Source: Myxococcota bacterium (GTDB lineage Bacteria > Myxococcota_A > UBA9160 > JAFDDA01). Taken from it: DNA of 64,000 nucleotides. The DNA lies in the NCBI GenBank assembly GCA_965228475.1, contig OZ245817.1:4320001-4384000 (forward strand), read 5' to 3'. A program made the translations under genes and the position numbers. The notes beneath the pieces were generated by a model. The model had not been told where the DNA came from, made no database searches, and saw only the letters and a program-made list of their open reading frames with translations. Positions 22,287 through 31,854 of this stretch are shown one piece after another (the stretch's first letter is position 1; each line of letters starts with the position of its first letter).

Positions 22287-23027
22287 ATGGCAACACTCGG
22301 CCGACGAACGTTCATCGGATGCCTCGGGGCGCTGGCCCTCGGGCTCGGCGCGTGCGGGGGCGGAAGCGAACCCGCAGAAGAAGCGGCGAGCGAGCCGGTC
22401 CCGGCCGACGACCCCGCCACCGCCGCCGAGCTCGCCCGGATCGACGACGAGATCGCCGTGATCGCCGTCGAGGGCGTCGGCGAGATCGCCATCGAGCTGC
22501 TGGTCGGCGTCGCTCCGGAGACCGTCGCCAACTTCAAGAAGCTCGCGAGCGAGGGCTTCTACGACGGCACGACCTTCCACCGCGTCGTCCCCGGCTTCAT
22601 GATCCAGGGCGGTGACCCCAACACGAAGGACCGCGACCCGCGCAACGACGGCCGCGGCGGCCCGGGCTACCGCATCCAGGACGAATTCAACGACACGCCC
22701 CACAAGCGGGGCGTCCTCTCCATGGCCAACAAGGGCAAGCCCGGAACCGCCGGGAGCCAGTTCTTCATCGTCGTCGACGACTCGCCCCACCTCGACCGCC
22801 AGTACACCGCCTTCGGGCGGGTCGTCTCCGGCATCGAGGTGGCGGACAAGATCGTCGCCATGCCCCGCGACAAGCACGGCCGCCACGGCCCCCAGAACCG
22901 CCCCCTCGAAGACGTGGTCATGACCGTCCGGCTCGAGCCGGCGGCGGCACCCGAGGGTGAGGAAGACGAGATGGCCGGCGAAGCCCCGCCGGCCGACGAG
23001 GCGGCCCCCCAGGCCGAGGCCGGCTAG
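22287..23027 (+). CDS. Cyclophilin-type peptidyl-prolyl isomerase, lipoprotein
   Basis: FHRVVPGFMIQGGD, SMAN, GSQFFI; lipobox LGAC. Confidence 0.92.
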   Translation: MATLGRRTFIGCLGALALGLGACGGGSEPAEEAASEPVPADDPATAAELARIDDEIAVIAVEGVGEIAIELLVGVAPETVANFKKLASEGFYDGTTFHRVVPGFMIQGGDPNTKDRDPRNDGRGGPGYRIQDEFNDTPHKRGVLSMANKGKPGTAGSQFFIVVDDSPHLDRQYTAFGRVVSGIEVADKIVAMPRDKHGRHGPQNRPLEDVVMTVRLEPAAAPEGEEDEMAGEAPPADEAAPQAEAG

Positions 23028-23128
23028 CCCGGCTCGGCGCCGCGGCCGCGGAGCCCTTCGGGCGCCATCCGGCCACCGATCGATTTCCTAGCCGCGCCCC
23101 ACCCCCGGAGCTAGACTCGGCGCCCCGT

Positions 23129-23204
23129 GGCCCGGTAGCTCAGTTGGTAGAGCACGCGACTGAAAATCGCGGTGTCGACAGTTCGATTCTGTCCTGGGCC
23201 ACCA
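23129..23204 (+). tRNA. tRNA-Phe (GAA)
   Basis: Cloverleaf with anticodon loop CTGAAAA, TTCGA T-loop, 3' CCA; TAGACT -10 at 23112-23117. Confidence 0.96.
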
Positions 23205-23288
23205 CGGATTCTCGCGCCGTTTCCGGCGCGCGCGGCGCCCGGCCCCGGGCGGTGCGGGCCGAGCGCCGAACCCTCCTACGATCACGCC

Positions 23289-23597
23289 CTAGAGATCCTC
23301 GTCGAACCGTTCCTTCTCCCGCCGGTCCATCCGGCTGCGGTGGCCCTCCGGGATGCACACGACTTCCTCGCGGCGGATGCCGCAGGTGCCGGCGACCTCG
23401 GCGCCGCGGCGGCCCTCGAAGGCGCACGGGTCGCCCTCCTGGGCCGCTTCGCAGGCGGCGAAGGCTTCGGGCGGCGGGCCTCGGCGGCCGAGGCACTCCG
23501 ATTTCTCCTCGGCCTGGGCGCTCACGGCGACGAGCAGGCCCAGGGCCAGCGCCGCGCCCGCGACGGGGCCGACCTTCTCGAAACGTTTCCGGATCAT
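23289..23597 (-). CDS. Small exported Cys-containing protein
   Basis: Signal peptide, GPPPEAFAAC...C...C motif, AGGA RBS. Confidence 0.7.
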   Translation of the reverse strand: MIRKRFEKVGPVAGAALALGLLVAVSAQAEEKSECLGRRGPPPEAFAACEAAQEGDPCAFEGRRGAEVAGTCGIRREEVVCIPEGHRSRMDRREKERFDEDL

Positions 23598-23645
23598 GTT
23601 CGCGTCCTTTCGTTCGTGGCCCAGCGGGCCGGTGGTGCTTTCGAG

Positions 23646-25433
23646 CTACCGGCGCGGGCGTTCGCCGCGGTCCGGGCCTTCGCCGCGGTCCGGGCCTTCG
23701 CCGCGGTCCTGCCGCGGGGCGACGTGGAAGACGTCGTCCGGAATCTCGCCTCCGATCTCGGTGTTGCGGCGGATGACGTCGGAGAGGCGGGTCCCCTCGA
23801 TCACCCGGCGCTCGACGGAGCCGAAGGGCCCCGCGTACCAGAAGCGGTCGCCGTCGCGCAGGGCGGCGAACTGCTGGCGCAGGATCGCGGTGAAGAGCGG
23901 GCCGAGCTGGCTCTCGCCGGCCGCGTCCTCGGCGAGGCCCCCGGCCCAGAGGTCGACGTCGTCGATGCTGTCGTAGGCCGCGGCGAGGCGCGCCTGCACC
24001 TCCGGATCGCTCGAGACGTCCGAGAAGTCCGTGGCCCGCGGCAGGCCGAAGGCTTCCCGCGCCGTGTTGTAGTCCGCGAGGCCGTGGTCGCGCCCGCGCT
24101 GGATGTTCAGCGAAGCGAGGTCGAAGCCACCGTCGCCGGGTTCGCCGAACAGGAAGTTTCGCACGTCGTCGATCACGCGGACGTCGATCCGCTGGTGCCG
24201 CTGATGCGCGAGGCCCCGAAGGATCGGTTCGATGCCACCCTCCTCGGTGATGCGCGTCGGGTCGAAGAATGCTTCGCGTAGCGGCAGGTTCCCGTCCGTG
24301 GTCTCACGCAGACGTTCGTCGAGCCGGAGCAGGGTCGGGCTGAGCGCGCTGTGCCCGAAGCGATAGGCCGCCGTCGAGAACTCGTTCAGGATCGTCGCCT
24401 GACGGACGGCGTCGTAGCCCCGGTAGGGCGGGAGCGGGTTCGGCCCGAGCAGCGCCGGCAGGAACTCGCGATAGGTGATGTGCTGCATGAGGGCGGCGAC
24501 GTGGTTGCGCGCGCGCTCGTAGATCTCGTCGCCGGAGAGCCGCGGCTCGCGCTCGGCGATCTCGCGCGCCAGCCGGTTGTGCTCGCGGACGAAGAGCGCG
24601 TGCATGGCCGCGAGCCCGACCTGCTCGTTGGCCCGCACGTCGCCCGCCAGGAACATGGGCTCGGACGATCCACCGGTGGCATTCGGCAGGCCTGCGTCGT
24701 TCCACGGGAGGAGGTCGCCCTCGCTCGTGCGGAGCTGGCCGGTGCCGTCGAGCGTGCGCAGCGCCTCGGCGCGCTCGGCGTCCGAACCGTAGACGTTCGA
24801 CGCGTCGATCCAGCCCGTGATCTCGTTCAGCTGTTCGCGCGGAGCATCGACGCCGCTCCCGGGATCGTAGACCGAGCGCCCGAAGAAGATCACGGCCTCG
24901 CCGGTTCCGTCCGGATCGAAGAACGGGTCGCCCGCCGGCACGGCGATGTGCACCCACTCCGGGGGCACGACGCCCTCCGTGAGATCGATGTCGTGGTCGA
25001 GGAACTGCCCCCACTGCCAGAGGAAGTCGCTCGTCCCGAACGGGTTCGGGATCTCCTCGGTCTGGTCGTTCACGAGGTTGCTGATCTCGCGCGCACTCCG
25101 GCGGCCCTGGCCCGCCAGCGTGGCGAGGCCGTCGCCGTAGGCGCTCGGCACCTCGCGCGCGAGCGGCTCGCCGGCGGCGTTCATCGCCGGGTCGATCAGA
25201 CTGTTGCCGCTGCCGTCGATGCTGCGGATCTCGAAACGCCCGGGCCCGCGCCGGTCGTTCCGGTCCGGGTCTCGTTCGAGGGGCGGCTCGACGCCGCGCG
25301 CCGAGCGCGGCTCTCCACCTCCCTGCTTGGCGGCGGACTGCGCCGTGACCGGGGAATCGAAAGACACGGCGGCGGCCGCGATCAGACTCAGCACGGCGAC
25401 GGGAACGAAACTTCGGATCGGCTTCGGATTCAT
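23646..25433 (-). CDS. Animal-type heme peroxidase family protein, exported
   Basis: RSIDGSGN, WGQFLDHDIDLT, GDVRANE, AYRFGHS, NIQRGRDHG, LRDGDRFWY; C-terminal DRGE(GP) repeats. Confidence 0.92.
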   Translation of the reverse strand: MNPKPIRSFVPVAVLSLIAAAAVSFDSPVTAQSAAKQGGGEPRSARGVEPPLERDPDRNDRRGPGRFEIRSIDGSGNSLIDPAMNAAGEPLAREVPSAYGDGLATLAGQGRRSAREISNLVNDQTEEIPNPFGTSDFLWQWGQFLDHDIDLTEGVVPPEWVHIAVPAGDPFFDPDGTGEAVIFFGRSVYDPGSGVDAPREQLNEITGWIDASNVYGSDAERAEALRTLDGTGQLRTSEGDLLPWNDAGLPNATGGSSEPMFLAGDVRANEQVGLAAMHALFVREHNRLAREIAEREPRLSGDEIYERARNHVAALMQHITYREFLPALLGPNPLPPYRGYDAVRQATILNEFSTAAYRFGHSALSPTLLRLDERLRETTDGNLPLREAFFDPTRITEEGGIEPILRGLAHQRHQRIDVRVIDDVRNFLFGEPGDGGFDLASLNIQRGRDHGLADYNTAREAFGLPRATDFSDVSSDPEVQARLAAAYDSIDDVDLWAGGLAEDAAGESQLGPLFTAILRQQFAALRDGDRFWYAGPFGSVERRVIEGTRLSDVIRRNTEIGGEIPDDVFHVAPRQDRGEGPDRGEGPDRGERPRR

Positions 25434-25630
25434 CTCACCCTCCAGCGCGCAGAAGCGCGTTCTCCCCGGTTCGAACCGCGAGCGGGCGGGACGGTTGACG
25501 CGAAGACGACACTTCTCAGCGACGGCGATCGCGATCACGGATCGCAACACGCAGCTCGACGCGAACCCCCGCAAGGAGGCTCACGAAGGCGCGTTCAACG
25601 AACGTTCAGTCGGTAACGCTCAGCCGTTCG

Positions 25631-26278
25631 CTAGAAGCGGGGACGATGCTCCCGGCGATGGCGCGGCGGCGGCGGGCGCGTCGCCCCTCGGCAATGCGGC
25701 GAGAGTGCATCGCGGTGCCGGCGCAGACACTCGAAGGTCTCGCGCCCCGGCCGCGCGTTGGGGCAGAACTCGGCGAGCTCCGAGCCGCACTCGACGTCGA
25801 GGCCGCGCTGCCGCTTCGTGTCGCGCTCGGCGCGGATCGCGACGAGCTCCGCGAGCTGCTCGGGCGTCAACAGCGCACGGATCTCGAGCATCGAACGAAG
25901 CCGCAGCTTGTAGGCGGCGTTCTCGACCCGGCCGATGGAGGTGGCGAGCTCCATGACCGCGTCGAGATCCGGCGCCTCCTCCTCGAGCAGGCCCCGCATC
26001 CGATCGTGGAGACCGCGCAGTTCCGCGCGGTGCGCCTCGTCCTCCTCCCGCGAAGCCTCCGCGATCTCGCGGATGCGCCGGGCCGTATCGTCATCGATCT
26101 CGAGCCGTTCGGCGTGCCGCTCCAACACTTCGTGGATCGGCTGCGGACCTCGGTGCTTGCCTCCGGGCTTGGGCCCCTTCGGGCCGGCCCAGGCGGGAGC
26201 CGCGGCCAGGACGATCACGAGAACGATCCAGGCGTTCCAGCGGACGCGGCGGCGGCGAAGAAGTCGATTGCAAGACAT
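25631..26278 (-). CDS. Spy/CpxP-like periplasmic protein
   Basis: Signal peptide, helical, LTPEQ motif. Confidence 0.7.
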   Translation of the reverse strand: MSCNRLLRRRRVRWNAWIVLVIVLAAAPAWAGPKGPKPGGKHRGPQPIHEVLERHAERLEIDDDTARRIREIAEASREEDEAHRAELRGLHDRMRGLLEEEAPDLDAVMELATSIGRVENAAYKLRLRSMLEIRALLTPEQLAELVAIRAERDTKRQRGLDVECGSELAEFCPNARPGRETFECLRRHRDALSPHCRGATRPPPPRHRREHRPRF

Positions 26279-26292
26279 GGGGGTGATCTCTC

Positions 26293-26709
26293 CTAGATGC
26301 CGTCGAGGAAGACGCTGGCGATGGCCTGGTAGTCCGCCGGCAGCGCGCCCGAGGTTTCGCTCTCCTCACCGAGCGCGGTGAGCGCCAGCAGCGCGTCCTC
26401 CGCGGCCTCGGGCTCCCACGCCGCAACCGCCTGGGCCGTCCCCGGCGCCGCGCCGGGCTCGACGCCCGGCTCCGAAGCAGTGAAACCGAGGTAGGCGACG
26501 ACCACCAACGCGACCACGCCGCAGGCCGCCCATGCCGGGCGCAAGCGCGCGCGCCGGGCGCGATCGTTCTCGATGCGTTCCGCGAGCCGCGCTCGGAAGG
26601 CGCTGCGCTCCGCCTCGCCAGGCTCCGGCCAGTCGTAAGCCCGCCGGAGCCGCCCGTGGAAATCCCGATCCTCCCGGCTCTCGCCGGGATCTTTCCCGTG
26701 TTCGTTCAT
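26293..26709 (-). CDS. Putative anti-sigma membrane protein
   Basis: Single TM helix, directly downstream of ECF sigma. Confidence 0.55.
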   Translation of the reverse strand: MNEHGKDPGESREDRDFHGRLRRAYDWPEPGEAERSAFRARLAERIENDRARRARLRPAWAACGVVALVVVAYLGFTASEPGVEPGAAPGTAQAVAAWEPEAAEDALLALTALGEESETSGALPADYQAIASVFLDGI

Positions 26710-26725
26710 GACCGTCCCCAGTCGT

Positions 26726-27271
26726 TCATGCGCCCGATTCCCGGGCCACCCAATCCGTCAGCTCCATGCGGAGCGCTTTCGACGCACGGTGCAGATGCGT
26801 CTTGATCGTACCCGTCGAACGCCCGAGCAGCTCCGCAGCCTCGGGGATCGACCAGCCCTCCATGCGAACCAGCACGAAGGCTTCCCGCTGCCCACGGGAG
26901 AGCTTCTCGAGGGCCTGCCCGATCCGGTCCCGGAGCAGCGGATCCGTCGCGGCGTCGGGCGCCGGATCGGCCCAGTCTTCCTGGGCGTCGCTCCCGAAGC
27001 GCTGCCGGACCGCCCGCCAGCGCCGGTGGCGGGACGCTTCGCGGACCAGGATCCGGTAGAACCAGGTCGACACCTTCGACTCCCCACGAAACCGGTCGAG
27101 CGATCGGTACGCCCGAAGGAACGCCTCCTGCGCCACGTCCTCCGCCGCCGCGAGATCGCCGCCCAGGAGCCGGCGCGCCAGGCGAACCGCGCGGTCCTGG
27201 TGCTGCGCCACGAAGGCGCTGAACTCTCGCTCCGAAGCAGACCGCTCCGAACTACCGGAATCGCCGGGCAC
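26726..27271 (-). CDS. ECF RNA polymerase sigma factor
   Basis: AEDVAQEAFLRAY, FRGESKVSTWFYRI, region 4 GTIKTHLHRA. Confidence 0.92.
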   Translation of the reverse strand: MPGDSGSSERSASEREFSAFVAQHQDRAVRLARRLLGGDLAAAEDVAQEAFLRAYRSLDRFRGESKVSTWFYRILVREASRHRRWRAVRQRFGSDAQEDWADPAPDAATDPLLRDRIGQALEKLSRGQREAFVLVRMEGWSIPEAAELLGRSTGTIKTHLHRASKALRMELTDWVARESGA

Positions 27272-27380
27272 CGGGCACGCCTCCGCGGCCCCGTCGGGCC
27301 ACCGAACTCACAGAGATTGGAAACCCGAGCGCCGGGTTCGGTTGACGCCGCCGCAAGAGAACCCCGCCGGCCCCCGCCGC

Positions 27381-27665
27381 TCAGCCGCGGACTTCGTAGA
27401 CCCGCGTGCTCGCCACGATCGGGCACCCGCGGGCGATTTCCTCTGCGGCATCGAGGCTTTCGGCCTGGATCAGCGTGTACCCGGTGATCGAGTCCGCGGC
27501 CATCGGCAGGTCTTCGACGCCATCTTTCGTGATGGACCGGCCGCCGGGGAAGTGCCCCCGCTCGACCTGGCGATCCGCGATCGACTCGAACCACTGGTTC
27601 CAGCCGGCCATCTCCTCGGGCGTGGGCCGCTCGAATCCGTAGTGCAGGATCATGAACTTGTTCAA
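27381..27665 (-). CDS. YciI-like protein
   Basis: ITGYTLIQAESLDAAEEIARGCP; TTG start overlapping upstream stop. Confidence 0.65.
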   Translation of the reverse strand: MNKFMILHYGFERPTPEEMAGWNQWFESIADRQVERGHFPGGRSITKDGVEDLPMAADSITGYTLIQAESLDAAEEIARGCPIVASTRVYEVRG

Positions 27666-28576
27666 GGGTTCTCTCCGTTTCCGAGGCCCGCCGCGAAGGC
27701 GGCGACCTCCTGGGCAAGCCGCTCCGGGAAATCCACGTGGACGTCGTGGCTCGAACCTTCGACCCGGACGAAGCGGGTGTCCCGGAGCCGCGGGGTGAGT
27801 GAGCGTGCCGCGGCGACCGAGATCGAGACGTCGTCGCTGCCGTGCACCTGGAGGACCGGCACGCGGATGTCCTCGTACGTGCCGCGCAGGAGGCGGATGC
27901 CGTCGATCGTGTACTGGCGCCGGATGAAGGTGAGCAGCGCCGCGCGCGTCCCGCGAACCCGATAGGCCGCCTCCATCCGCTCGCGATGCCGATCCGTGAA
28001 AGTGTCCCCGAACACTGTGAGCCGCCCGACGAGGAGCTCGCCGATGCCCGGGATGAACGGAAGGATCTGCACCGGATCCATGGCCATCCCGTGGCCCACG
28101 AACACCGCGCCCCGGAAGCGCTCCGGGTGGTCCGCCGCGAGGCAGGCGGCGACGACGCCGCCGGCCGAATGGCCGAGCACGATGGCGCGATCGATCTCGA
28201 GCGCATCGAGCACGTCGATCGCCTGCCGTGCCCAGAGGGCGTTGCCGTACCGGAAGGGATGCTCGCGGTCGCTCAGGCCGAAGCCGTAGCTGTCGAAGGC
28301 GATCACGCGGTGGCTGCGCGCAAGCGCTCCGGCGAAGCCCTCCTGCCAATCGGCGACGCTGCGGCCCGACCCGTGGACGAGCAGCACGGGTTCACCTTCA
28401 CCGACGTCGAGCAGGTGCACGCGTCCGGAACGCGTGGCGAGGAAGAAAGTCTCGGGGCTCCACGGCTCCACCGCGCGAGCCTCGGGCTCGGCCCGGCGCG
28501 CGAGGATCTTTCCAGCCACGAAGAGCAGCGAGAGGATCACGGCCGCCGCGATCGCTAGCACGAACAGGAGCCGCAA
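27662..28576 (-). CDS. Alpha/beta hydrolase
   Basis: LLVHG, GHSAGG nucleophile elbow, HGSDD. Confidence 0.9.
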   Translation of the reverse strand: MRLLFVLAIAAAVILSLLFVAGKILARRAEPEARAVEPWSPETFFLATRSGRVHLLDVGEGEPVLLVHGSGRSVADWQEGFAGALARSHRVIAFDSYGFGLSDREHPFRYGNALWARQAIDVLDALEIDRAIVLGHSAGGVVAACLAADHPERFRGAVFVGHGMAMDPVQILPFIPGIGELLVGRLTVFGDTFTDRHRERMEAAYRVRGTRAALLTFIRRQYTIDGIRLLRGTYEDIRVPVLQVHGSDDVSISVAAARSLTPRLRDTRFVRVEGSSHDVHVDFPERLAQEVAAFAAGLGNGENP

Positions 28577-28612
28577 CCCTTCCCTCCCCTCCCGGCCCGC
28601 GGCCGGATGCGA

Positions 28613-29296
28613 TCAGGCGCCTCCGCCGAGCCAGGCGTAGCCGCGCTCGAGCTCCGCACGGCCTCCCTTCTCCGAGACCTCGCCGTGGGACACCACGATG
28701 CGCTCGAAGGGCCAGGCGAGGATGCGCTCGAGACCGGCCCGGAACGCCGGCCGGTCGCGGATGAGGAGCCGCTCCGCGAGGGAGGGCCGGACGCTTCCGT
28801 AGCACTGGAGCATGCGGAACATGAAGCGGGTCGGCGCCGGGCTGCTCGCTTGGAAGTTGAACGCGATGTCCGTCACGATGAGCGTCGCGCTCGGCCGGTG
28901 GAAGAACACCACCTCGTTGGCGAGCGGGAAGCCTTCGACGAGGACCTGATCGAGCGTGTCCGCCCAGCCGTCTTCGGGCTCGTCGCGCAGCACCGTCGCG
29001 TCCTCGAGGTCGGGCCGCTTTTCCTCGAGCCCGGGTGCGATGAATACGTCCGCATCCGGGAAGGCCTCCGCCCATCCGGTGACCGAGAGGTGGTGCATGC
29101 GGTTCGGCGCCACGATGTAGGCGACGGAACCGAGGCCCTCGACCTCGCGGATGAGCTCCGGCGTCGCCTTGACCGGAGAATGCAGGAGGAGCTTCTCCCC
29201 GGGGAGACGAACCACCGTCATGCGCGAGCCGATCTCGACCCCGAAGAAGCGCAGAGGAGAACTCGTGACCCAGAGATCCGAATCGAGTTGCTGCAT
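28613..29296 (-). CDS. DUF4336-like protein
   Basis: RMTVVRL, IVAPNRMHHL, EVVFFHRPSATLIVTD. Confidence 0.8.
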   Translation of the reverse strand: MQQLDSDLWVTSSPLRFFGVEIGSRMTVVRLPGEKLLLHSPVKATPELIREVEGLGSVAYIVAPNRMHHLSVTGWAEAFPDADVFIAPGLEEKRPDLEDATVLRDEPEDGWADTLDQVLVEGFPLANEVVFFHRPSATLIVTDIAFNFQASSPAPTRFMFRMLQCYGSVRPSLAERLLIRDRPAFRAGLERILAWPFERIVVSHGEVSEKGGRAELERGYAWLGGGA

Positions 29297-29353
29297 CCCA
29301 TGACCTCCGTGGCGCCGTCCGAGGATAGCGCCGAAGCAAGCCCGCCCGGCCCG

Positions 29354-29788
29354 CTAGCCGCCGGCGATCTCGAATTCGTACTGGACCCGCTGGCCGTCCT
29401 CGGCCGTGACCTCCGAACGGCGGACGGGCCCGTGCGCGAACTCGCCGATGCACCGGGGCCAGAAGCGCGAGGCCGCCTCGTTGCGCGGGTGGACCTGGAG
29501 CTCCCATCGCCCCGGGAAGCGGGGGCAGAGCAGGGCCAGGGCCGCACGGCCCGTCCCCGCCCGCCGGTGCGCGCCCTCGACGAAGAAATCGGACATCTCG
29601 GTGACCCCGGCGTCGAGCACTTCGCGCACGAGCACGAAGCCCACCCGCTGGCCGTCGGCCACGATGAAGAACGGATGACGCCCCGCCTCGCGCCAGTACT
29701 CGGGCAGGTAGTGATACTCCGCGGCCCGCACCGGGCCGACGGGCCGCTCCCGGTGCCCGGCGAGCTCGGCGAGATAGACGTCGACCAT
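29354..29788 (-). CDS. GNAT N-acetyltransferase
   Basis: FFV...RRAGTGR motif A, NEAASRFW; frame stays open upstream towards 29839. Confidence 0.8.
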   Translation of the reverse strand: MVDVYLAELAGHRERPVGPVRAAEYHYLPEYWREAGRHPFFIVADGQRVGFVLVREVLDAGVTEMSDFFVEGAHRRAGTGRAALALLCPRFPGRWELQVHPRNEAASRFWPRCIGEFAHGPVRRSEVTAEDGQRVQYEFEIAGG

Positions 29789-29835
29789 CGCTTCCAGATG
29801 CGGCTTCTCGCTCTCCGAAACGGGCTCGAGCGAGA

Positions 29836-30921
29836 TCAGTTCGGAACTCCCTTCCCGAAGACGTTGATCGCGCGGTTGAAGGGCGCCTCGCCCTCCCGGT
29901 CGTAGTCGGACTCGGCCGCGGGATCATCGCTCCACAGGACGGCGGCCCCGGGCTCCGGCAGGTGGGCGCGAACGGAGGCGCGCGCGGCATCGTCTAGCGC
30001 CCGGGCGTGGCGGCGAAGCGCCTCGAGACACCAGACGCGGTAGCGGGACACCGGCAACCGCTCGTAGCGGCACCCCTGCACCTCCATCGCGAAGTGGCTC
30101 GCGCCCTCGGCGAAAGCCTTCGCGTTCTCGCGCAGCTGCACCAGGTGGGTCTCGCAGGCTTCCCGGAGCAGCGCGGCGAGCGGCGGATCGACCTCGGTGA
30201 GGATGGGTGCACTCTCGAGCTGCGGGCGCGCCTCCCACATCCGCGCCACCCAGGTGTAGGTGCGTGGCGCCCGCGCGCGCATGAGCTCCGCGGGCGTCGG
30301 ATCCTGGGAGAAGTGGCGCAGCATCGGTCCGACGAAGCCGAAGTCCGCGATCGTCGGCTGCGCGCCGAGCAGGAAGGGACGCTCCGCCAGGACCGCCTCG
30401 AGGCCGTCGTAGGCCGCCATCGCCGTTCGCTCGACGTGCTCGCGCGTCCGGTCGTCGACGCCGTCGCGGCGGACGAACCCGTCCCGCTGGCGGCGCGCGA
30501 TCGCCCAGCGCTTCAGGAAGCGCGGCCCCTTCCGGGCCGAGAGCAGCTCGTCCGCGAGAACGCCGCTCGCGTGGTCGCGATCCTGCTGGTAGCTCCAGCG
30601 GTAATGCATCGCCGGGCGCCAGAGCCACTCGTCGGCGTGGTCTTCGAGCAGGAGCGCGAAGAACCGCATCGCCGGATCCTCGGGATAGATCGTCGCGCCC
30701 TGCCGCTGCGCTTCGAACCACGCGAGCATCGGCGTCGTGTCCGACATCCAGCGCCCGTCTTCGAGCCGAACGACCGGGCTCTGGAGCGCACCGGTTCCTT
30801 CGATGATCTCGTGGGCGTGATCGATCATCGAGAGCAGCTCGTACTCGATTCCGCGGTAGCGGAGATACGCCTCGAGCTTGCCGGCGTAGTAGGAAATGCG
30901 CGAGCCGTAGACGCGAATCAC
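29836..30921 (-). CDS. Glutathione S-transferase family protein
   Basis: SYYAGKLEAYLRY, SDTT, FLLGAQPTIADF. Confidence 0.85.
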   Translation of the reverse strand: MIRVYGSRISYYAGKLEAYLRYRGIEYELLSMIDHAHEIIEGTGALQSPVVRLEDGRWMSDTTPMLAWFEAQRQGATIYPEDPAMRFFALLLEDHADEWLWRPAMHYRWSYQQDRDHASGVLADELLSARKGPRFLKRWAIARRQRDGFVRRDGVDDRTREHVERTAMAAYDGLEAVLAERPFLLGAQPTIADFGFVGPMLRHFSQDPTPAELMRARAPRTYTWVARMWEARPQLESAPILTEVDPPLAALLREACETHLVQLRENAKAFAEGASHFAMEVQGCRYERLPVSRYRVWCLEALRRHARALDDAARASVRAHLPEPGAAVLWSDDPAAESDYDREGEAPFNRAINVFGKGVPN

Positions 30922-30948
30922 GCGGGCCCCCTCTCCGGTGCGCCGGAC

Positions 30949-31356
30949 CTAGGAACCCGGCGCGATCGGAAGCCCGGCTTCCTTCCACGCGGAGAACCCG
31001 CCTTCGACGTGGAAGACCGGCCCGAAGCCCGCGGCGAGCAGGCTCGCCTCGCCCTTCCGCGCGCGCGGGCCGACCATGCAATAGAGGGCGACTCCGTTCG
31101 GCGCATCGACCTCGGAGATGCGCTCGGCCACGACGTCGTAGGGAATGTGGAGCGCGCCGGGGATGTGACCCGCGGCGAACTCCTTCGCCGAGCGGACGTC
31201 GATCACGACGGGGGCATTGCCCGCAGCCTGAAGCTCGCTGAGCTCCTGCGGCGCGATGCTCGGCGCTTCCGTGGGCACCGCCTCGGGAGCGCACCCGAAG
31301 AGACACACCAGCAAGACGAGAACGGATCTGACGACCAAGAGACGCATGGGATGCAT
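30949..31356 (-). CDS. Rhodanese-like lipoprotein
   Basis: IDVR, GHIPGA, YCMVGPRA, EGGFSAW. Confidence 0.88.
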   Translation of the reverse strand: MHPMRLLVVRSVLVLLVCLFGCAPEAVPTEAPSIAPQELSELQAAGNAPVVIDVRSAKEFAAGHIPGALHIPYDVVAERISEVDAPNGVALYCMVGPRARKGEASLLAAGFGPVFHVEGGFSAWKEAGLPIAPGS

Positions 31357-31422
31357 GGACCCCCCTACCCTTCTTCCGTTGCCGTCGCGATCCGTGAGCC
31401 GCGACGCCGGGTTGCGAGTCTA

Positions 31423-31842
31423 TCACGCGGCACTCCGCGCCAAACGGCCGCCCACGAGCGCCAGGGGCACGATCGAGGCGAGGTAGACGAAGTGGTACCA
31501 GGGGGGATAGTCGTCCCAGACCGTGCCCGGGTAGAGATGGGGCGGGATCGAGAGCGCCAGGATGATTGCACCGGCGAGCCAGGCGAGGCGCCGGTCCCGA
31601 CCGATCGCGGTGGCGACGGCGGAAGCTGCCAGGATCGTCGAAGAGAAGATCACGAGTCGCGCAAAGAGCATCACCAGCGTGTAGGACTTTTCCGGGTACG
31701 CCGCGCCGTAGGCGGGCCAGAGGGTGCGGAGCAGCAGCATCGCCCCGCCGAGAACGGCCCACCAGACGAACCCGCCCGCCGCGATGGCTGCGGCAGCGCG
31801 CAGGAGCGTGTGGCGGTCGAACGTGCTCGTCACGCCCGTCAC
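31423..31842 (-). CDS. Hypothetical membrane protein
   Basis: Four hydrophobic helices. Confidence 0.65.
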   Translation of the reverse strand: MTGVTSTFDRHTLLRAAAAIAAGGFVWWAVLGGAMLLLRTLWPAYGAAYPEKSYTLVMLFARLVIFSSTILAASAVATAIGRDRRLAWLAGAIILALSIPPHLYPGTVWDDYPPWYHFVYLASIVPLALVGGRLARSAA

Positions 31843-31854
31843 CCTACCACGCCG

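Noticed and set aside
23129..23290. tRNA-Phe as an island integration site
   Set aside because: No integrase and no duplicated tRNA 3' end seen in the window
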